Below, piece after piece: positions 18,483-26,063 of a DNA stretch of 27,366 nt; the first letter of the stretch is position 1, and every line of letters starts with the position of its first letter. Location: positions 1 through 27,366 of the IMG/VR virus record IMGVR_UViG_3300032250_000094; one strand, written 5' to 3'. A model generated the notes under the pieces. The model had not been told where the DNA came from, ran no database searches, and saw only the letters and a program-made list of their open reading frames with translations. The translations under genes were made by a program, and so were the position numbers. This DNA is from a virus. Taxonomy: Duplodnaviria > Caudoviricetes.

Positions 18483-19012
18483 CCCATTTTGTAAGACTTA
18501 TAAACGCTTCTGGCGTTATTGATGCGTGGGGTGACATCCCTACAAGTCAAATTCATCTCCAAGCACGGGTTGACATGACTGTCTTGGAATGCGCCCAAGA
18601 CACTGTTCAGCGCGAGGTAGTTGATAACCGCACTGTGTTATTCGTTGACCTTGCGTGGCTAAAGAACGCGCTTCGCGCCTTGGTTGATTCCAATGTTCAG
18701 TCCGCAAGGTCAAACGTGATTACGGATATTGCTGGTCAGTCTCAAATTTACGAAAAGAAGGAAGCTGAAGCGCGTTTATGGGTCGATGGTGATGAATTGG
18801 ATCACCCCGAAAAATATCCATTTATGATTGCAGAGGCATCTGCCCTTGGCGTTTCTGTGTCTGATGTTAGAGATAGCATTATCCAAAGGGCAAATATTGT
18901 TACCCCTATTATGGCTGAATTAGAGGCTAAAAGGATTTTAGCTAAGGTTTCCATCTCAAATTCGGAAACCATTTCAGACGCAATAGCGGCTTCGATTATT
19001 GATTTCAATTAA
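18479..19012 (+). CDS. Probable tail fibre assembly chaperone
   Basis: GTGA overlap with the fibre stop; SD GAGGAG. Helical C-terminus (Y..K..EA..W ... P+..AEA...G ... LE..R..AK..I) typical of fibre-adjacent chaperones. Confidence 0.7.
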   Translation: MTHFVRLINASGVIDAWGDIPTSQIHLQARVDMTVLECAQDTVQREVVDNRTVLFVDLAWLKNALRALVDSNVQSARSNVITDIAGQSQIYEKKEAEARLWVDGDELDHPEKYPFMIAEASALGVSVSDVRDSIIQRANIVTPIMAELEAKRILAKVSISNSETISDAIAASIIDFN

Positions 19013-19051
19013 TCTACCACGCCAAACTTTGGCACATGAAAGGAAGTACAC

Positions 19052-19438
19052 ATGGACGTTAATGATTTTTCAACTTCAAACACTATTATGCTTGAAGTTT
19101 TCGCTGCTGAAGCAAACCGCTTGGACACTGAGACCAAGGATGGTTTGACCAAGGTTATAGCATCACCTGTAGCGCCGGAAGCATCGGCTTACTTTGTCGA
19201 GTTTATCTACGCACGTTCGACGGAGTTTTTGCAAGCCAGCCGCGATAAAGCTGCGGATGTTGCTTCGTTTGTAACTGCCAATGGCTTCTATGGCTTTCGC
19301 GAGAACCAGCGTGGCGTCAAGATCGGCAGCTTCTTACGCGGCGAGACTGTTGAAGATGCCCCTGAGCCTCTTCCCCAGTTCAAGCCAGCACCAGTCGCTG
19401 TTGAACCTCCAGTGGCTCCTTTGCCAGAAGACAATTAA
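19052..19438 (+). CDS. Hypothetical protein, 128 aa, Pro-rich C-terminus
   Basis: SD AAAGGAAG and clean ORF; no recognised motif. Confidence 0.75.
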   Translation: MDVNDFSTSNTIMLEVFAAEANRLDTETKDGLTKVIASPVAPEASAYFVEFIYARSTEFLQASRDKAADVASFVTANGFYGFRENQRGVKIGSFLRGETVEDAPEPLPQFKPAPVAVEPPVAPLPEDN

Positions 19439-19446
19439 TCCCATCC

Positions 19447-19483
19447 ACCGCCATTTGGTAGATAAACCCTATCAAATGGCGGT
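19447..19483 (+). terminator. Stem-loop between tail and lysis modules
   Basis: Arms ACCGCCATTTGGTAG / CTATCAAATGGCGGT form 15 bp with one G-U around a 7-nt loop. No U-tract, so terminator function is uncertain. Confidence 0.5.
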
Positions 19484-19550
19484 TGGCATTGACGCAATAA
19501 AATGATAAGTGTCAGGGATAGGGGCTTTAGTAGGTTTCAAGGGTAATTCC

Positions 19551-19859
19551 ATGAGTGATGTGAACGTACTAACAGTCAAAATAGATATGCTTCATAGCGA
19601 TGTTGTCGATATGAAGACCGCATTGAACGAACTGTCTAAGGCGATCACAAAACTGGCCCTTGTTGAAGAACGTCAAGCACAAACCGCTGACGCAATGGAA
19701 CGCGCATTCAAAGCCATTGGTCGTATTGAGGACCGCGTGACCGCATTAGAACTTGCCGCCCCCAAGACAAAAGAAACCAACACTTGGGTAGATAGGTTTA
19801 TATTAGGTATTGTTATGGCCCTGATGGCCTTTGTTGGAACAAAATTAGGAATGTTGTGA
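19551..19859 (+). CDS. Coiled-coil protein with C-terminal TM helix (XhlA-like/holin candidate)
   Basis: ATG 19551 after AAGGG. Heptad-like N-terminus, then FILGIVMALMAFVG; start of lysis region. Confidence 0.65.
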   Translation: MSDVNVLTVKIDMLHSDVVDMKTALNELSKAITKLALVEERQAQTADAMERAFKAIGRIEDRVTALELAAPKTKETNTWVDRFILGIVMALMAFVGTKLGML

Positions 19860-19894
19860 CGACCATATAATGATTGTCAGAAAGGCCAAAAGCC

Positions 19895-21076
19895 ATGCCA
19901 GCCAGTGTAACCATCGACGAGAATTTATTCCAATATTGCACCCCGCGCCAGAAGCAAATCCTTGAGGCCATAGATCGTCTTGGCAGCGCCAAGGCGGCAT
20001 CGCTTGAATTGGGGATAAACAAAGGCGCAGCCAGCGAGACGCTTATCGAAGTTAAGCGCAAGGCGGCTAAGATGGGATACTCCCCGGAGCATGACTTCAC
20101 GCGGCCCGTGCCGGATGGCTATACCGCAAAAGGGGTGTCAACATACTATAACAAAGAGGGTAAGCCCACTGGGCAGTGGGTCAAGGCGTCGATTGATAAC
20201 GAGCGCCAGCAACAGATATTCCGCGAAGCCGTTAATGCGATGGCGAGTGAACTGCCGCGCCTTACGCCAATCGTTACCCCTGAGCAGCTTAATTCCGATT
20301 TGATGACGCTCTACACGCTGACCGACGCGCACATAGGCATGTTGGCATGGCATCGTGAAGGCGGAGCCGATTGGGACTTGGGCATTGCAGAGGCGGTGAT
20401 TGTCGGATGCTTTGAGCAGATCATCAAATGCTCACCAGATAGCGAAACGGCAGTGCTAAACCAACTTGGTGACTTGCTGCACTATGATGGCCTGTCTGCG
20501 GTCACACCGACCAGCGGACACGTTTTGGACGCTGACGGACGCTTTACCAAGATGGTCGAAGTTGCCGTGCGGGTATTGCGCCGGATCATCGTCATGCTGT
20601 TAGCCAAACACAAAACAGTCCACATTATCCTCGCAGAAGGCAATCACGACATGGCGTCGAGCGTATGGCTGCGCACCATGTTCAAGGCGCTCTATGAGAA
20701 CGAGCCGCGCATCACTGTAGACGACAGCGCATTGCCTTACTACGCATATGAGTTTGGCGATGTGATGCTGACCTTCCACCACAGCCACTTGAAGAAGTTT
20801 GGCGCAATGCGTGAGGTCATCCCTGCGATGTTTGCACCAATGTGGGGACGCACCAAAAAGCGTTACTGCCACACAGGGAATTACCATCATACACGTGAGG
20901 AGACGGAACAAGGCGGCCTAAAGGTTATGCAGCACCCTACACTCGCTGCTAGGGACGCATACGCCTCTCGCGGAGCATGGTTTTCAGACCGAGAAATTTG
21001 CTCTATAACGTATCACCGTAGATTTGGACAAGGGCTTCGCGTCTATGCTTGCCCTGAGATGTTAGAGGACGCATAA
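19895..21076 (+). CDS. N-terminal winged HTH plus calcineurin-like metallophosphoesterase
   Basis: ATG 19895 with GAAAGG SD. LysR-like HTH TPRQKQILEAIDRLGSAKAASLELGINKGAASETL. Phosphoesterase motifs DAHIG, GDLLH, GNHD, HHSH, HTGNYHH. Confidence 0.82.
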   Translation: MPASVTIDENLFQYCTPRQKQILEAIDRLGSAKAASLELGINKGAASETLIEVKRKAAKMGYSPEHDFTRPVPDGYTAKGVSTYYNKEGKPTGQWVKASIDNERQQQIFREAVNAMASELPRLTPIVTPEQLNSDLMTLYTLTDAHIGMLAWHREGGADWDLGIAEAVIVGCFEQIIKCSPDSETAVLNQLGDLLHYDGLSAVTPTSGHVLDADGRFTKMVEVAVRVLRRIIVMLLAKHKTVHIILAEGNHDMASSVWLRTMFKALYENEPRITVDDSALPYYAYEFGDVMLTFHHSHLKKFGAMREVIPAMFAPMWGRTKKRYCHTGNYHHTREETEQGGLKVMQHPTLAARDAYASRGAWFSDREICSITYHRRFGQGLRVYACPEMLEDA

Positions 21077-21585
21077 TGAATACTAACTTTGAAAAGGCGC
21101 TTGCCTTAGTGCTTGAACATGAAGGCGGATTTGTCAATCATCCGAAAGACCCCGGTGGCGCTACTATGAAGGGCGTCACACAAGCTGTTTACAATGACTA
21201 TCGCAAAATTCGCGGGCGCGGATTACTGTCGGTCAAGTATATCAGCGACGAAGAACTGCGGGCGATCTACAAGTTCCAATACTGGGATAAGGTGCATGGC
21301 GACCTTCTGCCAATCGGCCTTGACTATGCTGTGTTTGACTTTGCCGTCAATTCTGGCGTGAGCCGCGCAGCGAAGTATCTGCAAGCGGTGCTTGGCGCTG
21401 CACAGGACGGCCAGATAGGGGCAAGAACACTTGCATCCATCACTTCACCCGTAAACACCATCAATGCGCTGTGTGACCGTCGTATAGGCTTCCTGCGCAA
21501 CCTAAAAACCTTCCTGACGTTCGGCAAAGGATGGACTCGCCGCGTACAGGGCGTTCGCGCTCATGCGCTGGAGATGGCGACATGA
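21076..21585 (+). CDS. Endolysin, glycoside hydrolase family 108 with C-terminal peptidoglycan-binding region
   Basis: HEGGFVNHPKDPGGAT..GVT, FDFAVNSG, DG.IG..TL and F..GW.RR motifs. Confidence 0.93.
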   Translation: MNTNFEKALALVLEHEGGFVNHPKDPGGATMKGVTQAVYNDYRKIRGRGLLSVKYISDEELRAIYKFQYWDKVHGDLLPIGLDYAVFDFAVNSGVSRAAKYLQAVLGAAQDGQIGARTLASITSPVNTINALCDRRIGFLRNLKTFLTFGKGWTRRVQGVRAHALEMAT

Positions 21586-21833
21586 TAAACCTATTTACCC
21601 CAGACGGACGCCGGGCGGCTGCATTTGCTGCTCTACTGGGCGGATGTGGCGTAATGACGATCTTCGCTGCGGTGGGTGTGTGGCTAACGTCGGGAAACGC
21701 AACGTACAGCTTCTACCTAGCTTTGGCTGCTCATGTGCAGATTATGCTTGGCCTGACTGCGTTTACTGCATTGTTTGTGAAAAGAAGCATCAAGGCTGGC
21801 AAAGATGGAATTGAGATCACTGATGCTAAGTAA
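21582..21833 (+). CDS. Two-TM membrane protein, holin candidate (83 aa)
   Basis: ATGA overlap with the endolysin stop and GGAG SD. Two hydrophobic segments and a charged C-terminal tail. Confidence 0.65.
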   Translation: MINLFTPDGRRAAAFAALLGGCGVMTIFAAVGVWLTSGNATYSFYLALAAHVQIMLGLTAFTALFVKRSIKAGKDGIEITDAK

Positions 21834-22320
21834 ATTCATCCCCTATCTTCGCCTAGCGCCATATGCTCTCGGAGTCATATTTGCCCTTCTGGCAGTCGTA
21901 CAGTGGCAAAGCGCAAAGCACTGGCAGAAACGCTACATCGGATCAGAGAAGGTTGTGGCGCAGCATGAGGCCGCACAGGTTGCGGCGATAGAGATCAACA
22001 AGGCACAGGTCGCGCAGATCGAACGCCAGTATGCCAAGATTGCTGAGAAGTCGGAGATTGATTATGAAAAACACATTGCTGTTAACCGCGCTACTCTTGA
22101 CCGCTGGATGCGGTCCCAAGCAAGTAAGCGTAATACCAAAGACACCGGAGCAAGCCAAGCCGCCCCAGTGTCCGGTGAAGTTGTGTCAGGAGCCGAAACG
22201 GCCAACGTTCCTATCAGCGACCTAGAGATCGTTGCTGATGCCTATGCCCAGCTTGATGCACTACGGGCATGGGCGTTGGAGATCGGTAAGGTTACGGACA
22301 ATCTCGACAGCCCTCGCTGA
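21823..22320 (+). CDS. Rz: Inner-membrane spanin (Rz-like)
   Basis: Single N-terminal TM (ALGVIFALLAVV) followed by a helical/coiled-coil periplasmic part; last gene of the lysis cassette. Confidence 0.75.
   Translation: MLSKFIPYLRLAPYALGVIFALLAVVQWQSAKHWQKRYIGSEKVVAQHEAAQVAAIEINKAQVAQIERQYAKIAEKSEIDYEKHIAVNRATLDRWMRSQASKRNTKDTGASQAAPVSGEVVSGAETANVPISDLEIVADAYAQLDALRAWALEIGKVTDNLDSPR
22064..22225 (+). CDS. Rz1: Outer-membrane spanin lipoprotein (Rz1-like), embedded in +1 frame of Rz
   Basis: GGAG SD at 22053-22056. MKNTLLLTALLLTAGC is a lipoprotein signal; the mature 38 aa is Pro-rich with two more Cys. Confidence 0.75.
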   Translation: MKNTLLLTALLLTAGCGPKQVSVIPKTPEQAKPPQCPVKLCQEPKRPTFLSAT

Positions 22321-22524
22321 TGTGATGGTCTTGTAATCTCGCCACGATCCACAGCAGCATTCGTTTTCTTCATAGGCAAAGCAGTCGCACTTATTGGCGT
22401 CAGCCTCTAGCGCATTGGCGGCGGCTTCGATGCCAGCATTAAAAGCTGCGCGTTCTTTAGCCACTTTTGCAACGCGCTTGAAACTTTCATTTAGTGAAAG
22501 GTTCTGGAAATTGTCGTCATTCAT
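22261..22524 (-). CDS. Hypothetical Cys-rich protein, 87 aa
   Basis: ATGA overlap with the upstream minus gene and purine-rich SD (GAAGGGG); CDC...ECCCG cluster. Confidence 0.6.
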   Translation of the reverse strand: MNDDNFQNLSLNESFKRVAKVAKERAAFNAGIEAAANALEADANKCDCFAYEENECCCGSWRDYKTITSARAVEIVRNLTDLQRPCP

Positions 22525-22859
22525 TGCCCCTTCTCCCGTATCTCCAGACCACGGGCTTCCAGTGCGGCGCGGAACTTGTTTGCATATTCAGCTTTGGTTT
22601 CCCATGTGCCATCATCACATTCCGCAATCACCTCCTCCAGCGGGTCAGGCTTGGAAATGATAAAGCGTTCCAATAACTTACCGCTTGCGTTGTGATACCA
22701 TGAGTCCACCAACGCATCGCTCACCTCTTGCTTAAAGGCTTCGTGCTGTTCGATGGCGCGGCATAGGGCCGCGAGGGCGGCATCATAATTTAGATAACCT
22801 TTCCCGTCTTCCTTTCGCACCATGTCCCGTGCTTTTGCTTCAATGCTATCGTCTGTCAT
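22521..22859 (-). CDS. Hypothetical protein, 112 aa
   Basis: Coupled by ATGA overlaps at both ends; GGAG SD. Confidence 0.72.
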   Translation of the reverse strand: MTDDSIEAKARDMVRKEDGKGYLNYDAALAALCRAIEQHEAFKQEVSDALVDSWYHNASGKLLERFIISKPDPLEEVIAECDDGTWETKAEYANKFRAALEARGLEIREKGQ

Positions 22860-22993
22860 TTGCTTTTCTCCCGTTCCCTACGGCGCTTGGCTTCTGCAAA
22901 GGTCAGACCCTCTGAATTAAGCAAAGGCCATACCCGGTCAGACGATACGCGGTGGTTACGCCCAATAGGCGCTGCTTGCGGTGCGTTAATCAT
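22856..22993 (-). CDS. Hypothetical 45-aa protein (not in ORF track)
   Basis: MINAPQAAPIGRNHRVSSDRVWPLLNSEGLTFAEAKRRREREKSK. GGAGG SD; fills the gap exactly with overlaps at both ends. Confidence 0.68.
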   Translation of the reverse strand: MINAPQAAPIGRNHRVSSDRVWPLLNSEGLTFAEAKRRREREKSK

Positions 22994-23174
22994 CTGAAAG
23001 CACCTCCGGCGCTGGTTGCAGCCCTTCCATGAACTTCCCCCAGACTGCCAATGCGCCAGTTATAAATGGGCCATCATCTTGGTCGCCAGAGCGAATCTGA
23101 CGGATAAATTCTACGTTGCCGTGCGTCATCTCAACGCGGTCAGCAACTATGTTTCTAAGTTCAATCAATGTCAT
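22986..23174 (-). CDS. Hypothetical protein, 62 aa
   Basis: Tightly packed in the minus-strand operon; AAGG SD; IRSGDQDDGPFI.GAL motif. Confidence 0.7.
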   Translation of the reverse strand: MTLIELRNIVADRVEMTHGNVEFIRQIRSGDQDDGPFITGALAVWGKFMEGLQPAPEVLSDD

Positions 23175-23175
23175 T

Positions 23176-23493
23176 TCAAAATACCTTTGCTAGTTTTTGT
23201 TCCCAATGGCGTTTGTTTTCGCCAGTTGTGCGGGCGGCGTGATACTTAAACAAAGCAATAGCCAGTGGATCGTAACCACGGCCATCATGGGTCGCTATAG
23301 GCGGTGTAAGCGGAAGCGAATCTACATCCATGTTTCTGCGTTTAACGGTGGCAGGAAAATAGGTCAGAGCGTGGGTGAGATCACTCATCTTATACGAAGT
23401 GCCATAGTCACGATTGATATGTGCCAAGACGGCGCTTCTGTCAGTGATATAGCTACAAAGGTGGCGGGCCTTTTGTCTTATGTCAGGTCTCAT
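23176..23493 (-). CDS. Hypothetical protein, 105 aa
   Basis: AAGGA SD; overlaps the end of the VRR-NUC gene. Confidence 0.7.
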   Translation of the reverse strand: MRPDIRQKARHLCSYITDRSAVLAHINRDYGTSYKMSDLTHALTYFPATVKRRNMDVDSLPLTPPIATHDGRGYDPLAIALFKYHAARTTGENKRHWEQKLAKVF

Positions 23494-23839
23494 GTTTATA
23501 ATCCTTAATATATTCGCTTATTTTTAATTTGGCGTCTTCAGCGCCAGTGCAAATAAAACACACATAACCCACAGATGCAAGATATTTTATCCAATCCCTT
23601 TGCTCTTTTGTCACCCTGCCTCCCCTGACCCGCTTCATTTCGATCCACAGCTTCAGCGCAGGGATGAAAAGGTCAGGAACGCCGGGGCTGACGCCTTCGA
23701 CTTTTAACTTCGCTGCGGCAGCTTTCGATCGGTATCCGCCATTCGGAATCGCAAATATCCGCATTGGCCGATAGGTCTGGCGGAACCACATTACTAGGCG
23801 GGCCTGTTCGTAATGCTCTGTTGGCATTTTATCTGTCAA
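23483..23839 (-). CDS. VRR-NUC domain nuclease (resolvase-like)
   Basis: E...Q, FAIPNGG.R, GV.PGVPDL, IEMK and EQ..W motifs. Likely TTG start at 23839 (GGGAGG SD, TTGA overlap); alternative ATG at 23827. Confidence 0.88.
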   Translation of the reverse strand: MTDKMPTEHYEQARLVMWFRQTYRPMRIFAIPNGGYRSKAAAAKLKVEGVSPGVPDLFIPALKLWIEMKRVRGGRVTKEQRDWIKYLASVGYVCFICTGAEDAKLKISEYIKDYKHET

Positions 23840-24030
23840 AACGGAACCTCCCATGACCAAGTTGCGCACTTACCTTCGCTGTTAACAAAATCGGCTGGTG
23901 GATACATATTGAAAGCAAAGCACTTTCCATCTCCCGCAAAATGGTCACAAGTGTGGCAACATTTAGGCGGGCCAGCGTTCATCCATTTCTCATACTGCAC
24001 TAAAAAATCCGGTTTAGGCAAACGTTTCAT
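23836..24030 (-). CDS. Small Cys-rich (putative Zn-binding) protein, 64 aa
   Basis: CCHTCDHF...GKC....P........CATW, between helicase and VRR-NUC. Confidence 0.72.
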   Translation of the reverse strand: MKRLPKPDFLVQYEKWMNAGPPKCCHTCDHFAGDGKCFAFNMYPPADFVNSEGKCATWSWEVPF

Positions 24031-25618
24031 TATCCCAATCCCTTGTTAAAACTCTATAGTATGCGCCATCTTTTTTATAACTAATCCGACTTGGCGCTTT
24101 GCTTTTGTTCAAACGATCCGCCCAATCTTCCAGCAAATCGACACCATCAAAAGATGCTCCAGCTTTCTGAGACATCTTAACCAATTGCGCAACCGCCCTT
24201 TGTCCGGCGTATCCATCGTGCGTAACAGGCAAATACTCAGTCACTACAGGATCACTTAATGCGCCATAATATGCCACAACAAGCATGTCCTTGCCACTGG
24301 TTTTGCTAGTGTGCTTGCGCCACGACCATGAAGTTAGGTCCATTTCAAAGCCAGTGGTTCCCATAATGTCGTCATTATGCAGCTTTAGAACCTTCTTCTC
24401 AGGCTCAGGAAATGCCATGCCACAGGCCGGACATTCCTTGGCGCTGATGGCCACAAGTTCATCGCAATTGTCGCAGACCTTAACTGGAGCCTCTCCCCCC
24501 CCTCGCCCTTCCTCACCCTTGCGCTGAGGCGGGGTAACAGCGACGATGGGGCCATGCGTCCGTACAACCCCGGCGAAGTCAAGCACTAGGCAATGATCCG
24601 TATGCTGCTTTAGGCGCATACCTCGGCCCGCCATCTGAACGTACAAGCTGGCGCTCATCGTTGGGCGGAGCATGGCAATCAAGTCGATGTTTGGCGCATC
24701 AAATCCGGTAGTCAGAACGTTGGCGTTTGTAAGCGCCTGTATCTTCCCAGCCTTAAAGTCAGCTAATATCTGTTCCCGCTCTGCCTTTGGCGTCTCCCCG
24801 GTCACGCAGGAAGCACTGATACCCTCACGCCTAATCGCTTCTGCCACAGCGTGGGCATGGTGGACACCAGTGCAGAAGAATAACCAAGACTTACGATCCT
24901 CAGCCAAGGCAATAACTTCCCTGACCACGCTGGCGTTATTCTCGTCCGTATCAACTGCCGCTTGCAACTCGCTCTCAATGAACTCGCCGCCACGCTTGTG
25001 AACGCCAGATAAGTCGTAGTTTGCTCCGGTGACTTTGGACCGAAGCGTTGCCAAGAAACCCTTCTGGATCAGTTCCTCAATGGTGACGGGTTCAAGCAAG
25101 TCATCAAAAATGGCTGGCTTTTCTGTAATCAACCCGTGGCCCAGACGATATGGCGTAGCAGTCAAGCCTATGACGCGCATTGACGGGTTTATGGCCAACA
25201 ACTGATCCAGAAACGTCCGGTAAACGCCAAGTTCCTTATGGTTCACCAAATGGCACTCGTCGATGATGCAAAGGTCGATGTGGCCCACACGGCTGGCTTT
25301 ACCCCTGATCGACTGTATGCCCGCAAAGGTGATAGGCTCACCAAGCTGCCGCTTGCCAATGCCAGCCGAATAAATGCCCATAGGTGCGCCGCGCCAATGC
25401 TCACGCATCTTTTCTGCGTTCTGTTCAATTAGTTCCTTCATGTGGGTCAGCATTAATATTTGCGTATCTGGCCAATTCTGCACAGCATCCTTACAAAGTG
25501 CCGCAACAATATGGCTCTTGCCTGAGCCTGTTGGCAGCACCAAGCATGGGTTGCCTGTGTTTTTGCGCATCCACTCATAGAGATGGTCTATGGCGCGTTG
25601 TTGGTATGGTCTAAGCAT
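24014..25618 (-). CDS. Superfamily 2 DNA helicase (RadD/YejH-like) with Zn ribbon
   Basis: LRPYQ, PTGSGKS, DECH, TATP, LTTGFDAP and QMAGRGMR motifs; CDNC...CPAC. Confidence 0.95.
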   Translation of the reverse strand: MLRPYQQRAIDHLYEWMRKNTGNPCLVLPTGSGKSHIVAALCKDAVQNWPDTQILMLTHMKELIEQNAEKMREHWRGAPMGIYSAGIGKRQLGEPITFAGIQSIRGKASRVGHIDLCIIDECHLVNHKELGVYRTFLDQLLAINPSMRVIGLTATPYRLGHGLITEKPAIFDDLLEPVTIEELIQKGFLATLRSKVTGANYDLSGVHKRGGEFIESELQAAVDTDENNASVVREVIALAEDRKSWLFFCTGVHHAHAVAEAIRREGISASCVTGETPKAEREQILADFKAGKIQALTNANVLTTGFDAPNIDLIAMLRPTMSASLYVQMAGRGMRLKQHTDHCLVLDFAGVVRTHGPIVAVTPPQRKGEEGRGGGEAPVKVCDNCDELVAISAKECPACGMAFPEPEKKVLKLHNDDIMGTTGFEMDLTSWSWRKHTSKTSGKDMLVVAYYGALSDPVVTEYLPVTHDGYAGQRAVAQLVKMSQKAGASFDGVDLLEDWADRLNKSKAPSRISYKKDGAYYRVLTRDWDNETFA

Positions 25619-25637
25619 AATTTTATCCGTTCAAAAT

Positions 25638-26063
25638 CTAAACAGGCTGAAACAAATTAATTGGAATATGAACGACTGGTTCGATGTCACCGGGATTGTT
25701 CCTCGCATAGTTTCCGCCGTGAGTATATTCTACCTTGATATTGGTTTCGTTGTTCACGATGGCATAATGCAAATCGGAATCTGCCCATTGGACAAACATG
25801 TAGGATGTCAGACCTGATGATTGGCCAAGGTCAATGAGCCTTAACCACTTGTCAGCGGACAAAAGTAAGGTTGGGAACCTATCTTTCCCAATGTTCCTAA
25901 ATTTGAACTCACCCCAGCCCACCAGCGTTGAATTATCATATAAGCCCCAATCTACGCGGTACTTGGCCTCCCCCAACTTCATGCAAAACCAACCAAAAGA
26001 TGCGTTGATCCTGTTTTCTGCCGCCTTTTCCCTCGCTAGGTCTGCTTCAGTTTCATATCTCAC
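25638..26063 (-). CDS. PD-(D/E)xK nuclease-fold protein, 141 aa
   Basis: E..E helix, VD and EFK.R motif; GTGA overlap with the upstream gene. Confidence 0.65.
   Translation of the reverse strand: MRYETEADLAREKAAENRINASFGWFCMKLGEAKYRVDWGLYDNSTLVGWGEFKFRNIGKDRFPTLLLSADKWLRLIDLGQSSGLTSYMFVQWADSDLHYAIVNNETNIKVEYTHGGNYARNNPGDIEPVVHIPINLFQPV

Noticed and set aside
19489-19520. TTGACG as a sigma70 promoter for lysis genes
   Set aside because: No acceptable -10 hexamer at 16-18 bp spacing.
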